Shown here in pieces: positions 1 to 9,015 of a stretch of DNA of 55,038 nt (positions are counted from its first letter, which is position 1; each line of letters starts with the position of its first letter). The notes under the pieces are model-generated. The model was not told the DNA's origin and did no database searches. It saw only the letters and a list, made by a program, of their open reading frames with translations. A program made the translations under genes and the position numbers. This DNA comes from an uncultured Bacteroidota bacterium (GTDB taxonomy: Bacteria; Bacteroidota; Bacteroidia; UKL13-3): positions 1-55,038 of the forward strand of contig CAIYNF010000059.1 of assembly GCA_903927505.1 (NCBI GenBank), read 5' to 3'.

Positions 1-365
1 AAGAAGTTGAAAATGCTTTGCGTTCTACTGGTCGTCACTTAAGTATTGACGCGCCGCTTACAGATGGTGAAGACAATACCTTATTGGGTATTTTAGATAC
101 CAATGATGAACCTCGTCCGGATGTTCAATTGATCAACGAATCTTTGCAAAAAGAAATCAACCGCGTAATTTCTACCTTGAGTGAAAAAGAACGCGATGTA
201 TTGAAATACTATTACGGTTTAGATGGTGGGCCTGCACATACCTTAGAAGACATTTCAGAGAAAATTGGCTTAACGCGTGAGCGTGTTCGTCAGATCAAAG
301 AAAAAGCCCTTCGCAGGTTACGTAAATCTAGCAAGAGTAAAATCTTAAAAGCGTATTTGGGATAG
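1..365 (+). CDS. rpoD: RNA polymerase sigma-70 factor RpoD, C-terminal part (5' end outside window)
   Basis: The frame is open from the window edge (codons start at nt 3: EVENALRSTGRHLSIDAPL...). The C-terminus ...EDISEKIGLTRERVRQIKEKALRRLR matches the sigma-70 region 4.2 HTH. Confidence 0.85.
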   Translation, partial: EVENALRSTGRHLSIDAPLTDGEDNTLLGILDTNDEPRPDVQLINESLQKEINRVISTLSEKERDVLKYYYGLDGGPAHTLEDISEKIGLTRERVRQIKEKALRRLRKSSKSKILKAYLG

Positions 366-412
366 TAAACTAGCTTCTAGCTTCTGGCCGCTGGCTTCTG
401 GCAAAATATTAA

Positions 413-448
413 ATGACTCAAAGTAATTTACTTTGGGTCATTTTTTTT
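413..448 (+). terminator. Intrinsic terminator after rpoD
   Basis: ATGACTCAAAGTA / TACTTTGGGTCAT forms a 13-bp stem (one G.U) with a 3-nt loop, followed by T8. It overlaps the 3' end of the convergent gene 428..913. Confidence 0.55.
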
Positions 449-913
449 GAGTGTTAGTATATTTTCTAACTCTTCTATATCCAATAAATCTTTAGGACGG
501 GCATTTGCTTTCTTTTCTTGAAGGAGTTGATTTATATGTAAAAAGGGTATATCAACGCCTTCAATATTTGCTATATAAGCCTTTTGGAAACATTCTTCAA
601 ATGATGATTGAGGGAAAGCTTTTAAATAAGTCATAATATCTAATTCAATGCCATGGCTTAAATAAATATTTGTCCAACCAGGAATAAATTCTGTTGTTTC
701 TAATTCTTCAAAATCACCGAGACCAATAGATGCTACCGCAATTCTAAATTTTCTTCTATTTTCTTTGTTGTCTTTTAACCAAATATCTACATCTTGGGTT
801 ATTCTTGAAACACCATGTAAAATGGAGGCAAATCCACCAACCATGATATATTCAACCTCGTTTGCAGCAAGAGATTTCCAAAACGCAATAATATTATCGT
901 CTAATATATCCAT
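428..913 (-). CDS. Pol-beta superfamily nucleotidyltransferase-fold protein, 161 aa
   Basis: The N-terminal motif MVGGFASILHGVSRITQDVDIWL fits the hG[GS]-x(9-13)-[DE]h[DE]h NTase signature. ATG start at 913. Confidence 0.6.
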   Translation of the reverse strand: MDILDDNIIAFWKSLAANEVEYIMVGGFASILHGVSRITQDVDIWLKDNKENRRKFRIAVASIGLGDFEELETTEFIPGWTNIYLSHGIELDIMTYLKAFPQSSFEECFQKAYIANIEGVDIPFLHINQLLQEKKANARPKDLLDIEELENILTLKKNDPK

Positions 914-1063
914 TTATGATTTTGGCTTAGTAATTTTAGCACTTTTCAATTGATGCAGGAGGCGAATAAATTTCATAGCAGATTTGTATCTCTCCTCATA
1001 ACTCATAGCAAGGCGTTTCTTGAGTTTGTCTTCTGCAGATAAATGTATCCTTGATTGCTCCAT
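914..1063 (-). CDS. Small 49-aa ORF abutting the nucleotidyltransferase gene (not in ORF track)
   Basis: Hand translation gives MEQSRIHLSAEDKLKKRLAMSYEERYKSAMKFIRLLHQLKSAKITKPKS. Its TAA (914-916) is directly followed by the ATG (913-911) of the NTase gene, forming a TAAATG junction. Confidence 0.4.
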   Translation of the reverse strand: MEQSRIHLSAEDKLKKRLAMSYEERYKSAMKFIRLLHQLKSAKITKPKS

Positions 1064-1273
1064 ATTTTCAAAGATATAGATTCTATAAAAATAATAGAAT
1101 TTAAATCCTTTTTAATAAAAGTATTTAATAAGGATGTCATTTCAGACTTCTTGAATTTATTTAGCGCAAAGGCACAGATTTATAAACCTTTAAATACAAG
1201 CGTGAATAAGTGGGAAAACTAATTTTTGGCTTTCGTTTGAATTGCTTAGAATTGACTAACAAAACAATACCCT

Positions 1274-2707
1274 ATGGCATTAAGTAGATTCTGGAGTTGG
1301 ATGATTGCAATTAGTGCGCTGTACATTTTTTATTTGCTCTTTGTAAATAGAATGTATTCACTCAATGGTTTGGTAAATGGGAAACAAAATGATCCTGTTT
1401 TGGTAGCGGAGTTTCCTTTGGCAAAATTTACCCAAGATACGGCCTTTATTGCTGCCTTAAATGCTAACAAAGCCAACGGTTTGGTTCGAACCGATACTAC
1501 CTATAAATTATTAGAAAATGGCATTGTTGAACTCAATATTGGCAAGCAAGCAGCCGATGGCATTTTCCCTACCTGCAAAAATACCATCATGGATATTTGG
1601 TTGCCCCTTATAGGATACCTTACCTTTTTTTGTGGCCTCCTCAATTTGCTCAATGATTCTAATGCCATTGGAAAATTAGCAGGGGTGATGGCGCCTTTCT
1701 TTGGTAAAATTTTTCCTGAATTGCCCAAAGGACACCCGGCTTATGGCTTTATGACCATGAACTTTGCCGCTAACTTTTTGGGATTAGACAATGCCGCCAC
1801 CCCATTTGGTTTAAAGGCCATGGAGAGTATGCAAGAAACCAATACGGATAAAGACAGGGCCTCCAATAGTCAGATTATGTTCTTGTGTTTGCATGCGGCC
1901 GGACTTACTTTAATACCTACTTCTATTATTGGTTACCGCGCGGCACAGCATGCAACAAATCCTGCCGATATTATGTTGCCCACCATTATTACTTCCTTTA
2001 TTGGCACTTTAGCAGCTTTGATTTTTGTGAGTATTAAACAAAAAATAAATTTAGTGAACCTGGTTGTTGTAAGCTTGGTAGCAGGTGTTTCGGCAATTAT
2101 AGCTTTGTTGTTGGTATACATAAACAAACTAGATGGCATTGAGAAATTTCACTTTACAGGAAATTTAAGCAATGGTGTTTTGTTGTTTATTATTTTATTG
2201 GTGGTGGGCTATTCTATCTACCAAGAAAAAATATTTAAAGCCAATCAAACCAATATTTTTGATTCGTTTGTAAATGGCGCCAAAGATGGATTTACCACAG
2301 GTGTACGCGTTTTACCTTACATGGTTGCCATGTTGGTGGCCTTGAGTATTTTTAGAAACTCTACCCTCATGAATATTGTTATGAATGGAATTGGATCGAG
2401 CCTAGGTATTTTTGGCGTAAGTCAAGAAATTATCAATGCCATTCCTGTTGCCATCATGCGACCATTTAGTGCGGGTGGGGCGCGTGGTTTTATGTTAGAT
2501 GCCATGAAAACCTATGGGCCAGATAGCCTTACAGGGCAATTGTCGTGCTTGTTTCAAGGCGCAGCCGAAACCACTTTTTATGTGGTAGCTTTGTATTTTG
2601 GTTCTGTAAATGTTAAAGATGCACGCTATACTTTAAGCATCATGTTACTGGTTGATTTGGTATGTGTAATCAGTGGTATTTTTATTGCTACCATGTATTT
2701 TAAATAA
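1274..2707 (+). CDS. Nucleoside-recognition (Gate) domain membrane protein, SpmA/SpmB-like fusion
   Basis: 477-aa polytopic membrane protein with two Gate-like halves (..NFAANFLGLDNAATPFGLKAME.. and ..AIMRPFSAGGARG..). Confidence 0.65.
   Translation: MALSRFWSWMIAISALYIFYLLFVNRMYSLNGLVNGKQNDPVLVAEFPLAKFTQDTAFIAALNANKANGLVRTDTTYKLLENGIVELNIGKQAADGIFPTCKNTIMDIWLPLIGYLTFFCGLLNLLNDSNAIGKLAGVMAPFFGKIFPELPKGHPAYGFMTMNFAANFLGLDNAATPFGLKAMESMQETNTDKDRASNSQIMFLCLHAAGLTLIPTSIIGYRAAQHATNPADIMLPTIITSFIGTLAALIFVSIKQKINLVNLVVVSLVAGVSAIIALLLVYINKLDGIEKFHFTGNLSNGVLLFIILLVVGYSIYQEKIFKANQTNIFDSFVNGAKDGFTTGVRVLPYMVAMLVALSIFRNSTLMNIVMNGIGSSLGIFGVSQEIINAIPVAIMRPFSAGGARGFMLDAMKTYGPDSLTGQLSCLFQGAAETTFYVVALYFGSVNVKDARYTLSIMLLVDLVCVISGIFIATMYFK
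1481..1494. repeat. Iterated palindrome copy TTGGTTCGAACCGA
   Basis: Exact GGTTCGAACC at 1483-1492 inside CDS 1274..2707, read as L-V-R-T. Confidence 0.9.
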
Positions 2708-2718
2708 ATAATGATAGC

Positions 2719-4581
2719 ATGGAAAAAATATTTTTTTGCTTCTTTCTATTCCTTGGTAGCTTTCAATTATTTGCCCAAAAACCGCAGGCCTACGAACAGT
2801 ATTTAATGGGCGTAGAGAATTATGAAAAAGGGCGTTACAAAATTGCCCTCGATTTATTCCTAGAAGCAGAAGAATTGGGCGTTCAAACCAATGCCTTGTA
2901 TAATTATTTGGGAATTTGCTACTACCATTTTTCCGATTATAAAATGGCTTTGTTGAATTACAATAAAGCCATTCGTTTAGAACCCAATGATTATGCTGCA
3001 ATTTCAAATAAATGCAATGCCTATTATGGTTTAAAAGAGTATAAAGCTGCCAAAGAAATTGCCAATCAATTGATAAAGAAAAAGCAATTTCGCGAGACTG
3101 CTTACAATACCCTTGGGAATATTTTATACGATAGCAAACAATACCTACAAGCCATAGAAAATTATAGAAAAGCAATTTACTATGATGGGCAACAAGCCTG
3201 CTCCTATTACAATATTGGCAATGCTTTCTTTCAATTAAAAATGTACGACACCGCTTTGGTGTATCACCTGCAGTCGCGAGAAATTAACCCCAATGATTTA
3301 AAGAACCTCAACAATATTTCTATGTGCTATTCCAATACCAAACGCATGCAAGAGAGTTTGGAAATGAGCAGGCATATTATAAGTATTGATTCAACTTATT
3401 ATGCGCCCTATGCAGAGATTGGCTATGTGTTAATGGACAATCCCAATTTTAATCCCAATGAGGTAATTCCCTATTTGTTAAAAGCCATTGAATTGGCCCC
3501 CGATATTGTATACTACAGTTATAACAATTTAGGAAACATATATGTGAAAATGGGTTTGCACGACAAGGCCTTGATTGCCTATAACAACGCCATTCGCATC
3601 AATCCGTATAATGTTAAGTCTTATTCTGGCAGAGCAGATATATACAGAGACAGCATGCAGTTTGACAAAGCCATTGCAGATTTTATGATGGCCATTAAAA
3701 TTGATTCTAATTACAATTATCCCAATATGTCTTTGGGTGGAATTATGTTGCGTTTGAACCAGCATGAACAATCTGAAGCCTACTACAAAAGGTATATTGA
3801 ACTCTCTGCAGATAAAAGAGACGCCTATAGAATTATGTACAATGCCAAAGCCTATAACCAATCATTGGTAGGGCAGTACGATAGTTGTTTAAAATACACC
3901 GCACTTTCCTTGGCGCTCGAACCAAAGTATGCGTATGCATGGAACAATAGGGGATTTGCATTGGCCAAAACCGGTAAAATAGACAGTGCATTTATCTGTT
4001 TGAATTACTCTCAAAAAATAGATCCTTATAACAGTTATGTATACCATAACCGCGCCTTTGCCTATGCCATAAACAATGAACCAGAGAAGGCATGTGAGGA
4101 ATTGCGATTGGCAAAGCAAATGCATTTTCCGGTGCAAATTGATCCCTTGTTATTGGAATTAAATGCCCGCAATTGTCATTTCGATTTTAACAGCAAAAAG
4201 GATACTATTATTACCAATATGCAAAGAGTTTACAGCAATTTAGATGGTTTGCAGAAAGTTTTGGAAACCACTTTACGTCCTGTTGAAAGTAATTTTGCCG
4301 AATCAAATGTGGTTATGGAAAAAACAGATTTGTTTCAGAATGTATATCCAAATCCTGCGCTTACAGATTTTGCCATTCAGTTAAAAGTCAAGCTGGATAA
4401 GCCTGCGCAGCTGCAAGTAATGAGCATGAATGCTTCGTTTCAAAAGACAATTACTTTGCAAGAAGGATTAAAATATACACAAAGCATTTCATGTGTCGAT
4501 TGGCCAAATGGAACTTATGTGTTAATTCTGAGTGTAGATGGAAAACAAATGGGAATTGGAAAAGTAGTGGTTTTACACTAA
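2719..4581 (+). CDS. TPR-repeat protein with signal peptide and T9SS type A C-terminal sorting domain
   Basis: N-terminus MEKIFFCFFLFLGSFQLFAQ, then many TPR-like 34-aa units. The C-terminus ..VYPNPALTDFAIQLKV..GTYVLILSVDGKQMGIGKVVVLH resembles the Por secretion tail. Confidence 0.75.
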   Translation: MEKIFFCFFLFLGSFQLFAQKPQAYEQYLMGVENYEKGRYKIALDLFLEAEELGVQTNALYNYLGICYYHFSDYKMALLNYNKAIRLEPNDYAAISNKCNAYYGLKEYKAAKEIANQLIKKKQFRETAYNTLGNILYDSKQYLQAIENYRKAIYYDGQQACSYYNIGNAFFQLKMYDTALVYHLQSREINPNDLKNLNNISMCYSNTKRMQESLEMSRHIISIDSTYYAPYAEIGYVLMDNPNFNPNEVIPYLLKAIELAPDIVYYSYNNLGNIYVKMGLHDKALIAYNNAIRINPYNVKSYSGRADIYRDSMQFDKAIADFMMAIKIDSNYNYPNMSLGGIMLRLNQHEQSEAYYKRYIELSADKRDAYRIMYNAKAYNQSLVGQYDSCLKYTALSLALEPKYAYAWNNRGFALAKTGKIDSAFICLNYSQKIDPYNSYVYHNRAFAYAINNEPEKACEELRLAKQMHFPVQIDPLLLELNARNCHFDFNSKKDTIITNMQRVYSNLDGLQKVLETTLRPVESNFAESNVVMEKTDLFQNVYPNPALTDFAIQLKVKLDKPAQLQVMSMNASFQKTITLQEGLKYTQSISCVDWPNGTYVLILSVDGKQMGIGKVVVLH

Positions 4582-5484
4582 TTAATTTTCGGGCACCAAT
4601 TGTAGGGATGCACCTATTTTTAATTGGTAGTTTGATCCCAAAATTAAACTTAAGTTGCGTGCTTCGTGCCCTGCCGGAATGCCAAATACCACGGGGTAAT
4701 TGTATTCCTTTACAGCCTCCAAAATTATTTCCTCTGCAGTTTTTCCAAATGGAACGGCATTGTCTTTCATGTCGCTCATTTGCCCAATTACAATACCTTT
4801 TAATTTGGCCAATTTACCTGCTCTTTTGAGGGCAATAAGCATGCGGTCTATATGGTAGAGGTATTCATCTAAGTCCTCTAAAAATAAAATTTTATCGCTA
4901 TAGTTTTGGTCGCTGTTCGAACCCAGAATAGCATACAATACAGATAGGTTTCCGCCAATGAGGCTACCTTTAATTTCTTGCAAATTAGTGTTAAGTGGAT
5001 GCGGCGCAAAGCTGATGGTTTGGGGCCCAGCGAACAAATTGTCTTTTAAGAAGTCTAAACTTTCTTGGTGTAATTTATCGGCTTGCCAATTGATAGGCAT
5101 GGGCGCGTGCAGGGTAGGTATCCCAAAGTTTTTCTCTATGTGCGCATGCAAAACAGTGATATCGCTATAGCCAATAATCCATTTAGGCGTTTTGCAAAAT
5201 TGCGTAAAATCTAATTGGTCTATCATGCGCACGGTACCATAGCCACCGCGTGCACAAAAGATGGCCTTAATTTTTGGATCGTCCAATAGCTTTTGAAAAG
5301 CCTGGCTGCGGTGATGGTCGCTGCCCGCATATTGGTTTTCTGCTGCGTATAAATCATCTGCCAAAACCACTTGTAAGCCCCAATTACTAAGAATGGCAAT
5401 GGCTGGCGCCATTTCTGCTGCACTAACTTTTCGGGCGGTTGCGGCAATGGCTACATAATCTCCTGCTTGCAGTTTTGCTATCAT
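4582..5484 (-). CDS. LD-carboxypeptidase (peptidase S66 family)
   Basis: Ser nucleophile context IIGYSDITVLH and C-terminal ..GIPAGHE.. The stop abuts the stop of the convergent TPR gene with zero spacer. Confidence 0.8.
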   Translation of the reverse strand: MIAKLQAGDYVAIAATARKVSAAEMAPAIAILSNWGLQVVLADDLYAAENQYAGSDHHRSQAFQKLLDDPKIKAIFCARGGYGTVRMIDQLDFTQFCKTPKWIIGYSDITVLHAHIEKNFGIPTLHAPMPINWQADKLHQESLDFLKDNLFAGPQTISFAPHPLNTNLQEIKGSLIGGNLSVLYAILGSNSDQNYSDKILFLEDLDEYLYHIDRMLIALKRAGKLAKLKGIVIGQMSDMKDNAVPFGKTAEEIILEAVKEYNYPVVFGIPAGHEARNLSLILGSNYQLKIGASLQLVPEN

Positions 5485-5496
5485 GGTTAAATATGA

Positions 5497-6591
5497 TTAG
5501 CTGTATTTCTCGCTGAATTTAATTTTAATATCTGTTGCTACTTCCTTTACCTCTTGCTCTTTGTTTTTATCACAAATGAGCAATACATCTGGGGTATCAA
5601 CTACAATAAGATCATTTACACTGTTAAGTACCACAATTTTCTGCCCCGGATTTTGGGAAGTATGCACCATACAGCCATTGGTATTGTATAACATGATGTT
5701 TTTTCCGGTGCTCACATTGTTGTGTTCGTCTTTTTGGGAGATTTCGTATAAAGAAGTCCATGTACCTAAATCGCTCCAACCAAAATCACTGGGAATAACA
5801 TAAACATTATTTGCTTTTTCCATGATGCCGTAATCAATAGAAATGCTGCGGGTTTGTTCGTAAATTCCTTGGATGGTATCACTTTCCTTTTCAGTAAAGT
5901 AAGAATCGAGGGCTTCATTAAACATAGAGAACTGTTCGTTTAAATGCTCCAAGAAGGCCGCTTTGATGCTGGCAATGCTCCAAATAAAAATGCCTGCGTT
6001 CCAAAGAAAATCTCCACTTTCAATAAAAGTATTGGCCAATTCTATGCTTGGTTTTTCTGTAAAGGTTTTTACTTTATGGATATCATCATTGCCGTTATCG
6101 TCGTGAAACTGAATATAGCCATAACCGGTATCTGGTCTGCTTGGCCTAATTCCTAAAGTAACCAAGGCAGGATTTTTTTCTGCAAAGGTCATGGCCAGGC
6201 TTACTTTGTCTAAGAAACCTTGTTCATCTAAAATAAGGTGATCGCTAGGGGCTACAATACAAACCCCTTCTGGGTTAATTTTGCTAATCTTTCCGCAAGC
6301 ATAGGCCACACAAGCTGCGGTATTTTTGCCAATTGGTTCGCCCAAAATTTGTTGCGCGTTAATACCTATTAATTGTTCTTTTACCAAGCCAACATAGGCA
6401 ACATTGGTAACGATATAGATGTTTTCTGGAAGAAAATGTTTTAAAAAGCGCTTATAAGTTTGCTGTAAAAGCGATGTTCCAGTTCCTAAAATATCTAAAA
6501 ATTGCTTGGGGTAATGGCTACGGCTACTTGGCCAAAACCTACTGCCAACGCCGCCTGCCATTATAATGGCGTAATGATTTTTATGATGCAT
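5497..6591 (-). CDS. Mannose-1-phosphate guanylyltransferase-type sugar nucleotidyltransferase
   Basis: N-terminal AIIMAGGVGSRFWPSSRSHYPKQFL motif; 364 aa. Confidence 0.8.
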   Translation of the reverse strand: MHHKNHYAIIMAGGVGSRFWPSSRSHYPKQFLDILGTGTSLLQQTYKRFLKHFLPENIYIVTNVAYVGLVKEQLIGINAQQILGEPIGKNTAACVAYACGKISKINPEGVCIVAPSDHLILDEQGFLDKVSLAMTFAEKNPALVTLGIRPSRPDTGYGYIQFHDDNGNDDIHKVKTFTEKPSIELANTFIESGDFLWNAGIFIWSIASIKAAFLEHLNEQFSMFNEALDSYFTEKESDTIQGIYEQTRSISIDYGIMEKANNVYVIPSDFGWSDLGTWTSLYEISQKDEHNNVSTGKNIMLYNTNGCMVHTSQNPGQKIVVLNSVNDLIVVDTPDVLLICDKNKEQEVKEVATDIKIKFSEKYS

Positions 6592-6724
6592 TTTGTTTCA
6601 AATTTCCAATTCGACTTAAGGGAAGGCAAATCTATTGCAATTAAATAAAGTTTTTCGTCTAATTAGTTTTATTTCCTCGATTTTTTGTGTTAAATTAGCC
6701 TACTTTTTCTAAAAAATCAGCGAT

Positions 6725-8944
6725 ATGGCGGCAGCGAAACGTGTAAAAGAAACATCCTTGGGAGAAATTCCAGATCTGAAAGAAGCTTTAAGAAATTATT
6801 TTGGGTTTGATAGTTTTAAGGGAGAACAAGAAACCATCATTCATAACCTTTTAAGTGGCAATGACAGTTTTGTAATTATGCCCACGGGCGGAGGTAAGTC
6901 AATTTGTTACCAATTGCCAGCGCTCATTATGCCTGGTACAGCCATTATCATTTCACCGCTTATTGCTTTAATGAAAAACCAAGTGGATGCCATTCGCTCC
7001 CTCTCTCATGATAGCGTGGCCCATTTTTTAAATTCCTCCCTCAACAAAGGTGAAATTACAGCTGTAAAAAAAGATATCAATACCGGAACTACCAAAATGC
7101 TTTACATAGCACCGGAAACATTGAAAAAAGACGAAACAATTGAATTTCTTAAAAGCATAGACATCTCTTTTGTGGCCGTAGATGAGGCACATTGTATTTC
7201 AGAGTGGGGGCATGATTTCCGCCCAGAATACAGGCGCATCAAACAAATGGTGAAGGAAATTAAGGATGTACCTATGATTGCCCTAACGGCAACGGCTACA
7301 CCTAAGGTGCAAAGCGATATTATCAAAAACCTGCAAATGACCGATGCAGTTGTTTTTAAATCATCTTTTAACCGTCCAAATCTTTATTACGAAGTACGCT
7401 CAAAAGGCAAAAAAGGCGAGGCCATCAAGGAAATTGTTTCCTACATTAAAGCGCGCCCCAATAAAACCGGTATTATCTATTGTTTGAGTCGTAAACGTGT
7501 TGACGAAATTGCAGGTATTTTAAAAGCAAATGGCATCAAGGCATTACCTTACCATGCTGGCCTAGATGCCAAGGTTAGGGCCGATCACCAAGATAAATTC
7601 TTAATGGAAGATGCCGATGTGATTGTGGCAACCATTGCCTTTGGGATGGGTATAGACAAGCCAGATGTACGTTTTGTAATCCATTATGATATTCCTAAAA
7701 GTATTGAAGGCTATTACCAAGAAACAGGTAGAGGCGGTAGAGATGGTTTGGAAGGGGAGTGTGTGTTGTTTTATAACCCTGCCGACATAGAAAAATTAGA
7801 GAAGTTTTTAAAAGATAAGCCTGTTGCCGAACGCGAAATTGGCGAGCTGCTAATTTTTGAAACCGAAGCTTTTGCAGAATCTGCTGCTTGTAGAAGAAAA
7901 TTCTTATTGCACTATTTTGGAGAGGAATTTCCAGAAAAAGATTGTGGCAAAATGTGCGACAATTGCAGACATCCTAAAGAAAAAGTGGATGGCCAAGCGG
8001 CTGCCATTGCTGCCCTTAAAATGATCAAAGAAATTAAGGGTAAATACAACCTAAAACATTGCGTTGATATTTTAATTGGCAGCAAAACCCATGAAGTGGC
8101 CATGAGCGGTCACCATGAAATAAGTAGCTTTGGCGTTGGCAAAGACCATGATGACAATTACTGGAAATCGGTTATCCGCCAATTGTTATTGCGCGGTCTG
8201 GTATCAAAAAATATTGAAAATTACGGCCTCATTGCAATTAATGAACTAGGGGAAGCCTTCTTGAAAAAACCGAGCACCTTTGAAATGTCTGTGGATAGGA
8301 AATTTGAGAAATTTACTGATACAGACGAAGACGATAGTCAGGTGGAAATAGTTTACGATGAGGTTTTATTTAGCATCCTAAAAGACCTTTGTAGAAAAGT
8401 TGCAAAGGCAAAAAATCTCCCTCCTTATATTGTTTTCCAAGAGCCATCTTTACAAGAAATGGCCTTTAAATACCCAATTACCTTAGATGAATTATCTAAG
8501 ATTACAGGGGTGAGCGCCGGTAAAGCAACTAAGTTTGGTAAAGATTTTTTAGCGGTTATTGAAAAATACGTTACGGAAAACAATATTGAACGAACCGAAG
8601 ATGTGACCATTAAATCGGTAGTGAATAAATCTGCACGTAAAATTGCCATTATAACCAATATTGATAAGCGCGTGTCACTTGACGACATTGCGCGTGGACA
8701 AGGCATCAAGAAAGAAGAACTCTTGGTAGAAATTGAAAATATTGTAAATAGCGGAACCAAACTTAATTTGAGCAGGTACGTAAATGAAGTTACTGAGGAG
8801 GAAATTGTGGAAGAGGTTATGGACTTCTTTAGAAAAACCAACGAAAATGTAATGGAAGCTGCCATGAAGGAATACGGCGAGGAGTTTAGCAAAGACGATT
8901 TGCATTTATTGCATGTTCATTTTATTAGTGAAATGGCAAATTAG
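6725..8944 (+). CDS. recQ: ATP-dependent DNA helicase RecQ
   Basis: Walker A PTGGGKS, DEAH box VAVDEAHCISEWGHDFRPEY, a Zn-binding Cys cluster (CRRK..CGKMCDNC) and a C-terminal HRDC-like region. Confidence 0.92.
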   Translation: MAAAKRVKETSLGEIPDLKEALRNYFGFDSFKGEQETIIHNLLSGNDSFVIMPTGGGKSICYQLPALIMPGTAIIISPLIALMKNQVDAIRSLSHDSVAHFLNSSLNKGEITAVKKDINTGTTKMLYIAPETLKKDETIEFLKSIDISFVAVDEAHCISEWGHDFRPEYRRIKQMVKEIKDVPMIALTATATPKVQSDIIKNLQMTDAVVFKSSFNRPNLYYEVRSKGKKGEAIKEIVSYIKARPNKTGIIYCLSRKRVDEIAGILKANGIKALPYHAGLDAKVRADHQDKFLMEDADVIVATIAFGMGIDKPDVRFVIHYDIPKSIEGYYQETGRGGRDGLEGECVLFYNPADIEKLEKFLKDKPVAEREIGELLIFETEAFAESAACRRKFLLHYFGEEFPEKDCGKMCDNCRHPKEKVDGQAAAIAALKMIKEIKGKYNLKHCVDILIGSKTHEVAMSGHHEISSFGVGKDHDDNYWKSVIRQLLLRGLVSKNIENYGLIAINELGEAFLKKPSTFEMSVDRKFEKFTDTDEDDSQVEIVYDEVLFSILKDLCRKVAKAKNLPPYIVFQEPSLQEMAFKYPITLDELSKITGVSAGKATKFGKDFLAVIEKYVTENNIERTEDVTIKSVVNKSARKIAIITNIDKRVSLDDIARGQGIKKEELLVEIENIVNSGTKLNLSRYVNEVTEEEIVEEVMDFFRKTNENVMEAAMKEYGEEFSKDDLHLLHVHFISEMAN

Positions 8945-9015
8945 GCCAATCAAATAATTTTACCTTTGCAATTAATTTCCTATTGATACATTTGTACTGA
9001 CATTATAAAACTTTT

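Noticed and set aside
371-402. Short direct repeats TAGCTTC x2 and GCTTCTGGC x2 just after the rpoD stop
   Set aside because: They are only two copies each, 7-9 nt long. This is probably slippage debris between the stop codon and the terminator.
765-953. Other tracked overlapping ORFs, for example 765..953, 1501..1728, 2645..3175, 4491..4829, 15179..15409, 26782..27126, 28432..28869 and 30987..31289
   Set aside because: Each overlaps, on the opposite strand or in another frame, a CDS with strong family motifs. None has a motif, signal or coupling of its own.
4579-4584. Zero-nt spacing between the convergent stops of the TPR gene and the LD-carboxypeptidase gene (TAATTA) as a special element
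   Set aside because: It is simply two abutting stop codons and no hairpin is present. It is notable only because there is no room for a terminator.
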